Assembly: GCA_037445065.1 (NCBI GenBank)
Contig: JBBILD010000017.1
Span: 1 to 64,000 of the forward strand
DNA length: 64,000 nt
Origin: Myxococcales bacterium
GTDB taxonomy: Bacteria; Desulfobacterota; Binatia; HRBIN30
Direction: 5' to 3'
The position numbers were made by a program, and so were the translations under genes. Numbering within the stretch: position 1 is the stretch's first letter; each line of letters opens with the position of its first letter. Positions 28,318-39,043 of the stretch are shown here, one piece after another. The notes under the pieces are model-generated. The model did no database searches. It saw only the letters and a list, made by a program, of their open reading frames with translations, and was not told the DNA's origin.

Positions 28318-29439
28318 CTAGGTGCAGCCTGGTTTTGTCCCCGCGAGCTGGGAGGCGATGTGACGAAGATCGCGCACTGAACCTGGTGGGCGGGCCAGCG
28401 CAGGGGTGTAGGCGAGCAAGGGTAGGTGGGTATCGTTGCAAAGCGCGCGCAGGGAGCGCGCTTGCTGGCGGCCTAATGCTCGCAGACGCTCGTAGTTGGC
28501 CCACAGCTTGTCGAACAAGGGGTCAGCCTTGTTTTCGGTGTCCTCGCTTTCGTCGAATCCCAGCACCTGGTTGGCAATCACACCGCTCGGCTCGCAACCG
28601 AGTTCGCGCAGTTCTTGGCAGAACAGGTACGTGCTGCGCATGGTTTGCGGGTGGGGAGTGGTGACCAGCACAAAGGCGGTATCGCGGGAACGCACCAATT
28701 CCTGGGTTTCGCGGGCGCGGCGGGCAAAGCCGTCGAGCATGTGCTCGAAGCCGGAAACGAAGTCGGCCAAGTCCCGCAGCAGGGGAAGTCCAGTGAGCCG
28801 CTCGAGTGCCTTGATGAGCACTTGCAAGGATACCTTGGCGGCTGCAGAGCGGGCCTCGTCGAGGAGCACGGTGGGCGCCTTGAGGATTTTTACCGCCCTC
28901 GAGGCCAGCAGGGTAAGAAGCCGATTCGGTGCCGCCAGCAGATCCGCCACATGGGCACTCGGCGGCGTGTCGAGCACGATGGTGTCGTAGCGGCCCGTGG
29001 ACACGAGTTCGTGGAGCTTCTCCATCGCCATGTATTCACTCGAGCCCGCCAGTTCGTTGGAGAGCTCTTGGTAAATCCGATTGTGGAAGATTCGCGCAGC
29101 CGCTTCCGGGGTCGCCGCGAAGCGTTCGACCAGGGTATCGAACATGCGCTTGGTGTCCAGCATGAGCGCGTCCATGCTGAGTCCAGCACCGAGAGCCACT
29201 GAGTGGACGCGATGATCCATCGCTTGCAAACCCAACGCGGTTTTGAGGCGGCGCGCTGGATCCACGGTGAGCACCGCCGCCCGCTTGCCTCGCTCAGCCG
29301 CCGCGACCGCCAGCGCCGCCGCAATCGTGGTCTTGCCGACCCCGCCGCAACCGAGGCACAAGACGATTTTGTGCTCGAGGATGGCGCCGATTCCGACCGG
29401 TGAGAGTGTGCTTTGGACGAAACTATCGCGGGATGGCAT
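28318..29439 (-). CDS. ArsA/Get3-family ATPase, subunit B (Rv3680-like)
   Basis: GCGGVGKTT (no signature Lys), LTVDPARRL, EYMAMEKL and DTPPS motifs. Confidence 0.88.
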   Translation of the reverse strand: MPSRDSFVQSTLSPVGIGAILEHKIVLCLGCGGVGKTTIAAALAVAAAERGKRAAVLTVDPARRLKTALGLQAMDHRVHSVALGAGLSMDALMLDTKRMFDTLVERFAATPEAAARIFHNRIYQELSNELAGSSEYMAMEKLHELVSTGRYDTIVLDTPPSAHVADLLAAPNRLLTLLASRAVKILKAPTVLLDEARSAAAKVSLQVLIKALERLTGLPLLRDLADFVSGFEHMLDGFARRARETQELVRSRDTAFVLVTTPHPQTMRSTYLFCQELRELGCEPSGVIANQVLGFDESEDTENKADPLFDKLWANYERLRALGRQQARSLRALCNDTHLPLLAYTPALARPPGSVRDLRHIASQLAGTKPGCT

Positions 29440-30391
29440 GGGAACCGGATTCGATCGTGGCTGGCGTTCCCAAGTCGAGCAACGGCTCGAGTGCCAGCGC
29501 GAGCGGTCGCAACGCTGTCTCCTTTGTGGGAGGACGTTCCAGCTCCGGGAGCAGAACAGGTTTCCGCCCGATTTGCCGCCGCAAGCGGCGGATCAGTACC
29601 TCAGCGAGCCCACGGCGTTCGATCACGTACCGCGCCGCCGCGTACACTGGCCCTCTATCCCCTCGCCGGAGGATGCGCTCGCGCTCTTCCGCCTGAAAGG
29701 GGCACGACGGGGTTCGGTTCACCACCGGTGGCGCCACGGGCAGGAACAGTTCGCCCTCGAGCACTCGGTACGCTTCTGCGGTCTCCTCGATCCCTAGCTC
29801 CTCTGGCAAGGTCACCACAACGATCCGCGTCCGCTGCGGGTCGGAGAGCAGCGCCTGAATGCCGAGCAAGCTGCGATGGAGCGGGCCCCCGGGCACCAAG
29901 TTCAACAGTTGTCGCGGCGCCCGCAGCAGATGCAGCATGTGGCCGGTGGCCGGGCCGTCCACGATCACTCGGTGGTATCGCTCTCGGCGCCGCCAGAAGC
30001 CCGGATCTACCCACATGGCGATCCGCTCGAGCAGCAAGAACTCGCTGACCCCCGGGGCCGCGGCGCCGAGAGCACGAAAGGCCGAGCTGGCGAGCAGCCG
30101 CTGTGCAAGCCAAGGCAACGGGAGGATGCGCGACACGTATCCCTCCAGGAGCAGGCTTGGGTCTACTCGTACGCCAAACAAATGATCGCGCACCATGTGC
30201 GGCTGAGACGCAAAGCGTTCCTGCCCGAACAGGCGCGCGAGGCTTCCATCGGCGACGCTTTCCACCAGCAGCGTTCGCTCCTTGTAACGGGCAAAGATTG
30301 AGCCGAGGGCGGCTGCCACGGTCGTTTTGCCAGCCCCGCCCTTGCCCGTGATCAGGAAGAGTTTTGCATCCCTCATGCCCGCGGTTTCCAT
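29423..30391 (-). CDS. ArsA/Get3-family ATPase, subunit A (Rv3679-like)
   Basis: GKGGAGKTT, LLVES in place of the DPA switch I, APGVSE, DGPATGH and VTLPEE motifs; overlaps the partner gene. Confidence 0.88.
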   Translation of the reverse strand: METAGMRDAKLFLITGKGGAGKTTVAAALGSIFARYKERTLLVESVADGSLARLFGQERFASQPHMVRDHLFGVRVDPSLLLEGYVSRILPLPWLAQRLLASSAFRALGAAAPGVSEFLLLERIAMWVDPGFWRRRERYHRVIVDGPATGHMLHLLRAPRQLLNLVPGGPLHRSLLGIQALLSDPQRTRIVVVTLPEELGIEETAEAYRVLEGELFLPVAPPVVNRTPSCPFQAEERERILRRGDRGPVYAAARYVIERRGLAEVLIRRLRRQIGRKPVLLPELERPPTKETALRPLALALEPLLDLGTPATIESGSHAIPR

Positions 30392-30493
30392 GCATAGCGA
30401 GCCCTTCCCGGTGCGACAACGCAGCTGGTGTGCATCTCATTTGCAAAGTGTGCGCAAACACGGCAAAGCTCGCGCCCGAGGAGGTGGTGTCTC

Positions 30494-31975
30494 ATGGCGA
30501 GGTTCGTTGTGGCAATCGATCAGGGGACGACCGGTACGACGGTACTTGTGTTCGATCTGCAAGGGCGAGTGCGCGGGCGCGGGTACTCGGAATTCCGCCA
30601 GTATTACCCGCGCCCAGGGTGGGTAGAGCACGACGCGGAGGAAATTTGGCAGGTAACGCAACGCGTGCTGCGCGCCGCTTTGCGCGCCGCCAAGGCGCGC
30701 CCGCACGAGGTGGCCGCCGTGGGCATCACGAACCAGAGGGAGACCGTGGTGCTGTGGGATCGGGTGAGCGGCCGGCCCGTGCACCGCGCCATCGTTTGGC
30801 AAGACCGGCGCACGGCCGAGCGCTGCGCCCAATTACGCAGCCAAGGGCTCGAGGAAATGGTGCGCAACCGCACCGGGTTGGTGTTGGACCCGTACTTTTC
30901 CGCCACCAAAATCGAATGGCTGCTCGAACATCTCCCCCGCGCCCGTTCTCGGGCACAGCGCTTGGCGTTTGGCACGATTGATAGCTGGCTCATTTGGAAA
31001 CTGAGCGGAGGCCAAGCGCATGTCACCGACTTTACCAATGCCTCGCGTACTTTGTTGTTCGACATTCACCGGCGGCAGTGGGACCCAGAACTGCTGCAGC
31101 TCTTTCATGTCCCATCCGAGATTCTGCCGCAGCCCGTACCGTCGACCGGCGTCGCGGCTGTCACTTCCCGCCAGACCTTCGGTGCCGAAGTGCCCATCGC
31201 GGGGATCGCCGGCGATCAGCAGGCGGCGTTGTTCGGCCAAGCTTGCGTGCGCCCGGGGATGGTGAAAAACACGTACGGCACCGGTTGCTTCCTGCTCATG
31301 CATACCGGCACCACTGCGGTGCCTTCCCAGCGAGGCCTGCTGACCACCGTCGCGTGCGATGCTGCAGGCATGCCGGCCTACGCGTTGGAGGGATCGGTCT
31401 TCATTGCGGGCGCCGCCATCCAATGGTTGCGCGATGCGCTTGGGGTGATTCGCAACGCGGCGGAAAGCGAGCGGCTCGCTCGCTCGGTCCGCTCGTCCCT
31501 AGGCGTGTACTTCGTGCCGGCCTTCGTGGGATTGGGTGCCCCGTACTGGGACCCAAACGCGCGTGGCGCGATTGTGGGCCTGACACGCGGCAGCGAACGA
31601 GCCCACATTGTCCGCGCTGCACTCGAGTCGCTTGCCTACCAAACGCGCGACGTGGTGGACACCATGGTTGCCGAGTCCGGGCAAGCGCTCGCCTCTTTGC
31701 GGGTGGACGGTGGGGCCGCGGCCAACGATTTCTTGATGCAGTTCCAGGCCGACATGCTCGGGGTGACGGTCGACCGCCCGGCGCTGGTGGAAACAACTGC
31801 CCAAGGAGCCGCCTTCCTAGCCGGTTGCGGAGTCGGTTTGTGGAAGCCGGCACAGCTCGAACGGCTGCGCCGGCGCGAGCGCGTGTTCCGGCCGCGCATG
31901 GCGCCAGAACAACGGGAGATCCTCTACCAGGGTTGGCGGCGTGCCGTGGCAGCGGTGCGCTCGCTGGCCGATTGA
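30494..31975 (+). CDS. glpK: Glycerol kinase
   Basis: [47 protein letters not shown] and LGAPYWD motifs. Confidence 0.97.
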   Translation: MARFVVAIDQGTTGTTVLVFDLQGRVRGRGYSEFRQYYPRPGWVEHDAEEIWQVTQRVLRAALRAAKARPHEVAAVGITNQRETVVLWDRVSGRPVHRAIVWQDRRTAERCAQLRSQGLEEMVRNRTGLVLDPYFSATKIEWLLEHLPRARSRAQRLAFGTIDSWLIWKLSGGQAHVTDFTNASRTLLFDIHRRQWDPELLQLFHVPSEILPQPVPSTGVAAVTSRQTFGAEVPIAGIAGDQQAALFGQACVRPGMVKNTYGTGCFLLMHTGTTAVPSQRGLLTTVACDAAGMPAYALEGSVFIAGAAIQWLRDALGVIRNAAESERLARSVRSSLGVYFVPAFVGLGAPYWDPNARGAIVGLTRGSERAHIVRAALESLAYQTRDVVDTMVAESGQALASLRVDGGAAANDFLMQFQADMLGVTVDRPALVETTAQGAAFLAGCGVGLWKPAQLERLRRRERVFRPRMAPEQREILYQGWRRAVAAVRSLAD

Positions 31976-32046
31976 ACCTTTCGCGCCCGGCGCCCCTACT
32001 CGACACAACGCCCGCACCTAGGTTTAAGCCGAGGCCGGAGAGAGGT

Positions 32047-33651
32047 ATGCGCGACGACACCGTCGACGTCTTGATCATCGGCGCCGGAGCATCGGGGGCG
32101 GCCATTGCTTGGAGTTTGGCCGAAACGCGCATGAACATCCTCTGCTTGGAGCAGGGAGACTGGGTGCCGCACGACTCCTACCCGGGCTTGGGGTTGGATT
32201 GGGAGGCGCGCCAGTTGACCGACTTTCACTTTAGCCCCAACGTGCGCCGGCGGCCGGAGGACTACCCGGTCAATGACGGAGACTCGCCGATCCAAGTGTC
32301 CATGTTCAACGCTGTGGGTGGCAGCACGATCCTCTACGCAGCCCATTTTCCGCGCTTCCGGCCGGAGGATTTCGAAGTGCGCACGCGCGATGGCGTGGCA
32401 GACGACTGGCCACTGGATTACCGCACACTCGAGCCCTGGTACGATGTAAACGCGGAGATGATGGGCGTCTCCGGCGCGCCTGGGGACCCGGCGTATCCGC
32501 CCAAAAAGCTGCCGTTGCCGCCTGTGCCACTGGGGAAGCTCGGGAGAACACTGGCCCGCGGGTTCGAACGCCTGGGCTGGCACTGGTGGCCCTCGGACAG
32601 CGCAATCATTACGCGCGACTACAACGGCCGTGCCGCGTGCGTGAATGCGGGCACGTGCTTGCTCGGCTGCCCGCAAGGGGCAAAGGGAAGCGTAGATGTC
32701 ACATACTGGCCCGAGGCGTTGCGCCGAGGGGTGCGCTTGCGCACGCGCTGCCGCGTGCGGGAGATTACCCTCGGAGCGGACGGCCTGGCAAACGGAGTGA
32801 TTTACTACGATGCCGAGGGCAAGGAGCAGCGGCAGCGAGCCCATATGATCGTGCTTGCTTGCAACGGCATCGGCACACCGCGCCTTTTGCTCAATTCGAA
32901 AAGCTCTCGTTTTCCCGAAGGGCTCGCCAATCGCAGCGGCTTGGTGGGCAAAAACCTCATGTTTCACCCGTACGCCATGGTCATGGGCGTGTTCGACGAG
33001 CCACTCGAAGCATACAAGGGGCCCACCGGATGTTGCATCATGAGCCAGCAGTTCTACGGCACGGATCCTTCTCGCGGCTTTGTGCGCGGCTACTCGTTCG
33101 AGATTCTGCGCGGTTTTGGGCCTGCGTCCACCGCACTCTGGGGCGTGCAGCACGGCCTCGTGCCCTGGGGGCCGCATCACCACCGTGCCTTTGCGGAACT
33201 CTTCGATCACGTCGCCGGGATGGTGGTCATTTGCGAAGACCTACCCGAGGAACAGAATTGCGTGAGCTTGGACGAACGTCTCACCGATGCACACGGGATT
33301 CCGGCCCCCAAGATTTCTTACCGGCTCAGCGAGAACAGTCGGGCCATGCTCGCACACGCGGTGGAGCGAGCGCGCGAGGTGCTGGAGGCCGCCGGGGCAA
33401 AGAAAACCGTGGTTCAGTCGCCACTGCCATTTGCCGGTTGGCACCTCATGGGCACTTGCCGCATGGGGCGGGACCCGCGTACTTCAGTGGTCAATGAGTG
33501 GGGCCGCTGTCACGACGTACGGAATCTCTTCATTGTGGACGGCAGCATTTTTGTGACAGCCGCTGCAGTGAACCCCACCAACACAATCCAAGCCCTGGCC
33601 CTGTACATCGGTGACCAAATCAAGCAGCGCCTGGCAAATTTGTTCGACTGA
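32047..33651 (+). CDS. GMC-family flavin oxidoreductase
   Basis: VLIIGAGASG, VGGSTILY, C..AGTCLLGCP, GIGTPRLLLNS, HLMGTCRMG and NPTNTIQALA motifs; GAGG RBS. Confidence 0.9.
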   Translation: MRDDTVDVLIIGAGASGAAIAWSLAETRMNILCLEQGDWVPHDSYPGLGLDWEARQLTDFHFSPNVRRRPEDYPVNDGDSPIQVSMFNAVGGSTILYAAHFPRFRPEDFEVRTRDGVADDWPLDYRTLEPWYDVNAEMMGVSGAPGDPAYPPKKLPLPPVPLGKLGRTLARGFERLGWHWWPSDSAIITRDYNGRAACVNAGTCLLGCPQGAKGSVDVTYWPEALRRGVRLRTRCRVREITLGADGLANGVIYYDAEGKEQRQRAHMIVLACNGIGTPRLLLNSKSSRFPEGLANRSGLVGKNLMFHPYAMVMGVFDEPLEAYKGPTGCCIMSQQFYGTDPSRGFVRGYSFEILRGFGPASTALWGVQHGLVPWGPHHHRAFAELFDHVAGMVVICEDLPEEQNCVSLDERLTDAHGIPAPKISYRLSENSRAMLAHAVERAREVLEAAGAKKTVVQSPLPFAGWHLMGTCRMGRDPRTSVVNEWGRCHDVRNLFIVDGSIFVTAAAVNPTNTIQALALYIGDQIKQRLANLFD

Positions 33652-33667
33652 GAGGACTCGCGACGGG

Positions 33668-34075
33668 ATGGTACGCGTGGAAAACCGAGACGAGGAGCAA
33701 CGCCTCCTGGAAGAACTGCGCGTGGTGCTGGAGGCATTGATCCCAGGCAGCGACGATGGACGCATGCCGAGTGCCGCGGCGCTAGGACTGGAAGCGGCGG
33801 TGTGGGAGCGGCTGAGCCTCGAGAGCGCGCTCGCAGAAATGGTTCGAGATGGGCTGCGTGCACTGGATGCTGCCAGCCGCGCCCGCTACGGCTGTTCCTT
33901 CGCTGAGGCCAGTAGCGAGGCTCGTTCGGCCCTGCTTGCGGAACAGGGCTTCGTCCTGCCGCTGTTCTTGCACGCGCTGGCCGCTTACTACTCCCAGCCC
34001 GCCGTGTTGTCGGCCCTCGGCTTACCGCCGCGCCCGCCTCACCCGCAGGGGTACCGCATCGAGGATCAGGACTGA
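33668..34075 (+). CDS. Gluconate 2-dehydrogenase subunit 3-like partner protein
   Basis: LIPG..MPSA, GLRALDAASRARYGCSF and AYYSQPAV..ALG.P..PPHPQGY motifs; directly follows the GMC gene. Confidence 0.7.
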   Translation: MVRVENRDEEQRLLEELRVVLEALIPGSDDGRMPSAAALGLEAAVWERLSLESALAEMVRDGLRALDAASRARYGCSFAEASSEARSALLAEQGFVLPLFLHALAAYYSQPAVLSALGLPPRPPHPQGYRIEDQD

Positions 34076-34166
34076 CCGCTCGGCTTTCATCCCATTTGGC
34101 CTCTTGGTTGCTCGCCTTGGGTTGGGTTGCTAGGGTCATATGCCCCTGCATGGAGGGCCACAACAC

Positions 34167-34376
34167 ATGAAGGACGGGATTCACCCACAGTACGGACCTG
34201 CGAAGATCGTGTGCGCTTGTGGAAACGTCATCGAAACGCGTTCCACGAAGCCCCTGATCCATGTGGAAATTTGTTCCAATTGCCATCCCTTCTTCACGGG
34301 CAAGCAGAAGTTGGTGGACACTGCTGGACGGGTCGAGCGGTACAAGAAGCGCTACAACTTGAACCAAGAAGCCTAG
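34167..34376 (+). CDS. rpmE: 50S ribosomal protein L31 (Zn-binding type)
   Basis: [13 protein letters not shown] and [13 protein letters not shown] motifs. Confidence 0.97.
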   Translation: MKDGIHPQYGPAKIVCACGNVIETRSTKPLIHVEICSNCHPFFTGKQKLVDTAGRVERYKKRYNLNQEA

Positions 34377-34403
34377 GCGACTTCGCGTCGCCTCGACGGA
34401 TCG

Positions 34404-34446
34404 AAAAGGGCCCGGGACGCTTTCCCCGCGCCCTTTTCTTTTGTTT
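34404..34446 (+). terminator. Intrinsic terminator after rpmE
   Basis: AAAAGGGC...GCCCTTTT followed by CTTTTGTTT; a second hairpin AGGCGAC/GTCGCCT lies at 34375-34393. Confidence 0.65.
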
Positions 34447-34478
34447 CGGGGCAAGGCGCAAAGCGCGTTGCAGACAGG

Positions 34479-35546
34479 ATGCTGGAAAAACTCGAGGACG
34501 TCGAACGTCGCTATCACGAGTTAGAACAGTCGCTGCTCGAACCAGAGGTTCTGAGCAATCCGAAGGAGTACGCCCGCCTTTCCAAAGAGCACACAAACCT
34601 GCAACCCCTGGTTACCCTGTATCAGGAGTGGAAGTGGGTGCGCGACGACCTCGAGGGGCACAAAGAGCTTCTCGAGGCAGGTGACGAGGAGTTGCGCGAG
34701 CTTGCGAAGGCGGAGCTCCCTGCGCTGAAACAGCGCTTGCAGGAGATCGAACAAGAGTTGCGCAAGCTTTTGCTGCCGCGCGACCCGAACGATGAGCGCA
34801 ACGTTGTGCTCGAGATCCGCGCCGCCACGGGCGGCGACGAAGCCACTCTGTTCGCCGCGGACTTGTTCCGCATGTACAGCCGTTTCGCGCAACGCAAGGG
34901 CTGGCGGGTGGAGGTGCTGAGTTCGAGCCCGAGCGACATCGGCGGATTCAAAGAAGTCATCGCCTTGATCGAAGGAAAAGGAGCGTACAGCCAGCTCAAA
35001 TACGAAGGGGGTGTGCACCGCGTACAGCGCGTGCCGGTGACGGAAGCCTCCGGGCGGATCCATACCTCCACTGTGACGGTGGCGGTGCTGCCCGAGGCGG
35101 AGGAAGTCGAGGTGGAGATCGACGAAGCCAAAGACCTACGGATCGATGTGTTCCGCTCGTCCGGGCCGGGGGGGCAGAGCGTGAACACCACCGACTCGGC
35201 AGTGCGCATCACGCACTTGCCCACCGGGCTCGTGGTAGCCTGCCAGGACGAGAAGTCCCAACACAAGAACAAAGCGAAAGCCCTAAAGATCTTGCGGGCT
35301 CGCTTGCTGGAGCGGGCGCGCGCAGAGCAGCAGGCCGAAGTGGCGGAAAGCCGGCGCAGCATGGTCGGCACTGGCGAGCGCTCGGAGCGAATCCGTACCT
35401 ACAATTTCCCGCAGGCGCGGGTTACCGACCACCGAATTAACCTGACGCTGTACGCCCTGGACCGTGTGTTGAACGGGGAACTCGAGCCGATCATTGATGC
35501 TTTGGTAACGCATTACCAAGCCGAGGCACTGAGGGCGGCAAGCTGA
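34479..35546 (+). CDS. prfA: Peptide chain release factor 1
   Basis: [10 protein letters not shown] (PxT motif), GPGGQSVN and IRTYNFPQ motifs. Confidence 0.97.
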   Translation: MLEKLEDVERRYHELEQSLLEPEVLSNPKEYARLSKEHTNLQPLVTLYQEWKWVRDDLEGHKELLEAGDEELRELAKAELPALKQRLQEIEQELRKLLLPRDPNDERNVVLEIRAATGGDEATLFAADLFRMYSRFAQRKGWRVEVLSSSPSDIGGFKEVIALIEGKGAYSQLKYEGGVHRVQRVPVTEASGRIHTSTVTVAVLPEAEEVEVEIDEAKDLRIDVFRSSGPGGQSVNTTDSAVRITHLPTGLVVACQDEKSQHKNKAKALKILRARLLERARAEQQAEVAESRRSMVGTGERSERIRTYNFPQARVTDHRINLTLYALDRVLNGELEPIIDALVTHYQAEALRAAS

Positions 35547-35549
35547 AAG

Positions 35550-36443
35550 ATGATCTCTACGCAACTGCAAGACTCCGCCGAAGTGCCCGTCATCGTGACC
35601 CCGCGCGCCTGGGTGTTGCGAGCCGTACCGCGTCTTGCGAGCGCGGGCACAGATTCGCCCCGCTTAGTCGCGGAAGCCCTCCTGCAGGCCGCATTGGGCG
35701 TGGACCGCGCTGGCTTGTACGCGATGTGGACTTCGCCGCTGCCCGCACACGCGCTGGGCTCCCTCCGGTCCTTGCTTGAGCGCGCGTGCAAGCGCGAGCC
35801 GCTTGCGTACATCACCGGCGAAAAAGAGTTCTGGGGTCGCTCCTTTCGCGTGGATCCTTCCGTCCTGGTGCCGCGCCCCGAAACCGAGTTGGTCGTCGAG
35901 TGGGCCCTACGCTTGTTTCCAGAGGGGCGCCGCGGTGCTGCGCTGACCGTGCTCGATGCGGGCACCGGCAGCGGCTGCCTAGCCGTGACGCTAGCCGCGG
36001 AGTGGCCGGGGGCGCGTGTGATTGCGACTGATCGGTCGGCCCGTGCCCTGGCGGTCGCCAGAGAAAACGCGTTGCGCTGGGGCGTGCAGGACCGCGTTCA
36101 CATCGCGTGCGCGCACTGGCTAGAGGCTCTGGGAGGGGGCCGATTTGCCCTGATCGTGTCGAATCCGCCGTACTTGAACCGCGCCGAGCTGCAAGAGGCC
36201 GCGCCGGAGCTGGGCTACGAGCCGAAGCTGGCGTTGGACGGTGGCGAGGATGGACTGACCGCCATCCGTGCCGTGATCGCAGGAGCGGCACGCTGCCTGG
36301 CACCGCGGGGCTGGCTCTTGCTGGAAATGGGCTGCCTGCAACGTTCAGCGGTGGGAGCGTTGGCCCGGCAGGCCGGGGCACGAGAAATTGCGGTGGAAGA
36401 GGATCTCTCAGGCTTGCCCCGTTTATTGCGGGCTCGGTGGTGA
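35550..36443 (+). CDS. prmC: Release factor glutamine methyltransferase
   Basis: [28 protein letters not shown] and ALDGGEDGL motifs. Confidence 0.95.
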   Translation: MISTQLQDSAEVPVIVTPRAWVLRAVPRLASAGTDSPRLVAEALLQAALGVDRAGLYAMWTSPLPAHALGSLRSLLERACKREPLAYITGEKEFWGRSFRVDPSVLVPRPETELVVEWALRLFPEGRRGAALTVLDAGTGSGCLAVTLAAEWPGARVIATDRSARALAVARENALRWGVQDRVHIACAHWLEALGGGRFALIVSNPPYLNRAELQEAAPELGYEPKLALDGGEDGLTAIRAVIAGAARCLAPRGWLLLEMGCLQRSAVGALARQAGAREIAVEEDLSGLPRLLRARW

Positions 36444-36447
36444 GGCG

Positions 36448-37710
36448 ATGGATCGAATCGTGGTCGAAGGTGGATACCGGCTGGCGGGAGAGGTTGCCAT
36501 AGAGGGTGCCAAAAACGCTGCCCTGCCACTCCTGTTTGCATCGTTGCTCACGCGCGAGCCCTGCTGTTTGCGCAATGTGCCCGACGTGGTGGATGTGCGC
36601 ACCGCATTGCGCTTGCTGCAAGACCTGGGAGCACGGGTGCAACGGCAGGGAGACACCGTGTGGGTAGAGGCGCGCGAACTGACCTCGATCGAGGCCCCCT
36701 ACGATTTGGTGAAAACCATGCGTGCCTCCTTCCTCGTGCTCGGCCCACTCCTGGCTCGTTGCGGCGAGGCGCGGGTCTCGACTCCCGGTGGCTGCGCGAT
36801 CGGCGCGCGCCCGGTGAATCTGCACTTGGAAGGTCTACAACGACTGGGTGCGGAAGTGCAGATCGTGCATGGCTACGCCGAGGCACGCGCTGGCCGTTTA
36901 CGCGGGAGTACGATTTATCTCGACACGCCCTCAGTGGGCGCCACCGAGCACTTGATGATGGTGGCCAGCGTGGCCGAGGGTACCACCCGCATCGAGAACG
37001 CCGCGCGCGAACCGGAGGTGGCGGATTTGGCCGGTGCACTCAATGCGATGGGCGCCCGCATTACGGGGGCCGGGGAAGATGTCATCACGATCGACGGAGT
37101 GCCGGAACTGCACGGTGCTGACTACACCGTCCTCCCCGACCGCATCGAAGCGGGCACCTTCCTGATTGCGGGAGCCATGACCGCAGGCGCGGTGTTTGCG
37201 CGCGGAGCCCGACCAGAACACTTGCACGCGCTGATTCTCAAGTTGCGCGAGGCTGGTGTGGATGTAGAGGAAGACACGGCTGGGGTGCACGTGAGGGCGA
37301 ACCGACGCTTGCGCTCGGTGGACATCAAGACCATGCCGTACCCAGGTTTCCCCACCGACCTGCAAGCGCAGTTCATGGCCGCCATGACCCTCGCGGACGG
37401 ACGTGCCGTGATCACGGAGACGATTTTCGAGAATCGCTTCCTGCACGCTGTGGAACTGAGCCGCTTGGGAGCGGAGATCCGGGTAACCGGGAACACGGCG
37501 GTGGTCCGTGGGGTGGAGAAGCTCACGGGTGCGCCGGTGATGGCCACCGACTTGCGCGCTAGCGTCTCGCTCGTGCTCGCCGGCTTGGCGGCGGAGGGAA
37601 CTACGGAGGTCTCCCGCGTCTACCACCTAGACCGCGGCTACGCTCGGCTCGAGCAGAAACTGGCGCAGCTCGGCGCGCGCATCGAGCGCCGCACGGACAA
37701 GAAAGGATAA
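36448..37710 (+). CDS. murA: UDP-GlcNAc 1-carboxyvinyltransferase
   Basis: [39 protein letters not shown] and DLRA motifs. Confidence 0.98.
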   Translation: MDRIVVEGGYRLAGEVAIEGAKNAALPLLFASLLTREPCCLRNVPDVVDVRTALRLLQDLGARVQRQGDTVWVEARELTSIEAPYDLVKTMRASFLVLGPLLARCGEARVSTPGGCAIGARPVNLHLEGLQRLGAEVQIVHGYAEARAGRLRGSTIYLDTPSVGATEHLMMVASVAEGTTRIENAAREPEVADLAGALNAMGARITGAGEDVITIDGVPELHGADYTVLPDRIEAGTFLIAGAMTAGAVFARGARPEHLHALILKLREAGVDVEEDTAGVHVRANRRLRSVDIKTMPYPGFPTDLQAQFMAAMTLADGRAVITETIFENRFLHAVELSRLGAEIRVTGNTAVVRGVEKLTGAPVMATDLRASVSLVLAGLAAEGTTEVSRVYHLDRGYARLEQKLAQLGARIERRTDKKG

Positions 37711-37714
37711 ATCC

Positions 37715-39043
37715 ATGCTGGTGCCCATTCTGACCACGACCGAGGAGGGGTTTCGCGCCTCGTTCGACGCTTTGCGCGCGCGCGCGCAAAGCGATCGCCG
37801 AGTGGAAGCGCAGGCGCGGCGGATTGTCGAACAGGTCCGTCGGGGTGGTGACCGAGCCTTGTTCTCCCTCATTCGCCGCTTCGATGGGGTTTCGCTCTCA
37901 CGCAAGGACTTGTGCATCGAACAGCCGGCACTGGCCGCGGCGCTCGCCTCGCTCCCCCGAGCCCAGCGGCGTGCCCTCGAGCTTGCCGCTCGCCGCATCG
38001 AAGCGTTTCACCGTAAGCAACGGGACGCATCCTGGTCGTTTCGCGACTCGCTAGGCTTTACCCTTGGGCAAAAACTCATCCCGCTCGAGCGGGTAGGGAT
38101 CTATGTGCCGGGTGGGCACGCGGCGTATCCCTCCTCGGTCTTGATGAACGCGATCCCGGCGCGGGTGGCTGGGGTACGGGAAGTCGTGATGGCGACGCCA
38201 AGTGGCAGTAGTGGGCCGAGTACGGCCGTGCTCGCGGCGGCGGCATTGGCAGGAGTGGATCGGGTGTACCGCATGGGTGGCGCACACGCGATTGCCGCTT
38301 TGGCGTGCGGCACGGAGTCGGTGCCAAAGGTGGACAAGATCAGCGGGCCAGGCAACGCCTGGGTGCAGGCCGCCAAGCGCCTTGTGTTCGGCATCGTCGG
38401 TATCGAAGGGGTTGCTGGCCCGAGCGAAGTTTTGGTGATCGCCGACGATAGCGCCGATCCCGCCTTCGTTGCCGCAGATTTACTCGCGCAAGCAGAGCAC
38501 GGTAGCGGAGACGAAACGGCCCTTTTGCTCACCGACTGCCGCGCGCATGCGATTGCGGTGCAGGCCGAAATCGCACGCCAGCTCCGTGACCTCCCGCGCC
38601 GCAGGGCGATTGCGCGCGTGCTCCGCCGCGGCGCGGCGCTGATCGTGGTCCGCGACTTGGACGAAGCTGTGCTCCTGGCAAATGAGGTTGCCCCCGAACA
38701 CCTGGAACTGATGGTGCGAAAGCCACGTCGCTACCTTCCGCAACTCCGTAACGCTGGCGCGATCTTCGTCGGGCCGTTCGCCCCGGCCCCGCTGGGCGAT
38801 TACGTGGCGGGGCCGAACCACGTCCTACCCACAGGTGGCACCGCGCGCTTCTTCTCGCCCCTCGGCGTGTATGACTTCGTCAAGCGTACCACGATTGTAG
38901 AAGCGAGCGAACGCGCTCTGGCGAAGGTGGCATCGGCAATCTCGACTCTGGCCGAAATGGAAGGCTATGAAGCCCATGCCGCGGCGGTGCGCCTGCGCTT
39001 GGGCGGCGCTGCGTTGACGCCCGGCAAGCGAGCGAAGCGATGA
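37715..39043 (+). CDS. hisD: Histidinol dehydrogenase
   Basis: GIYVPGG, GPGNAWV, AGPSEV, QAEH, APEHLE and GPNHVLPT motifs. Confidence 0.96.
   Translation: MLVPILTTTEEGFRASFDALRARAQSDRRVEAQARRIVEQVRRGGDRALFSLIRRFDGVSLSRKDLCIEQPALAAALASLPRAQRRALELAARRIEAFHRKQRDASWSFRDSLGFTLGQKLIPLERVGIYVPGGHAAYPSSVLMNAIPARVAGVREVVMATPSGSSGPSTAVLAAAALAGVDRVYRMGGAHAIAALACGTESVPKVDKISGPGNAWVQAAKRLVFGIVGIEGVAGPSEVLVIADDSADPAFVAADLLAQAEHGSGDETALLLTDCRAHAIAVQAEIARQLRDLPRRRAIARVLRRGAALIVVRDLDEAVLLANEVAPEHLELMVRKPRRYLPQLRNAGAIFVGPFAPAPLGDYVAGPNHVLPTGGTARFFSPLGVYDFVKRTTIVEASERALAKVASAISTLAEMEGYEAHAAAVRLRLGGAALTPGKRAKR

Noticed and set aside
28318..30391. Arsenite resistance (arsA) locus
   Set aside because: No arsB/acr3, arsC, arsD or arsR nearby, and the motifs fit the Rv3679/Rv3680-like Get3 clade.
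30994..33651. 885-aa ORF suggesting a GlpK-GMC fusion or programmed frameshift
   Set aside because: The first 351 codons are an alternative frame over glpK with no protein-like character. The GMC gene has its own RBS and ATG at 32047, and no slippery site was noticed.
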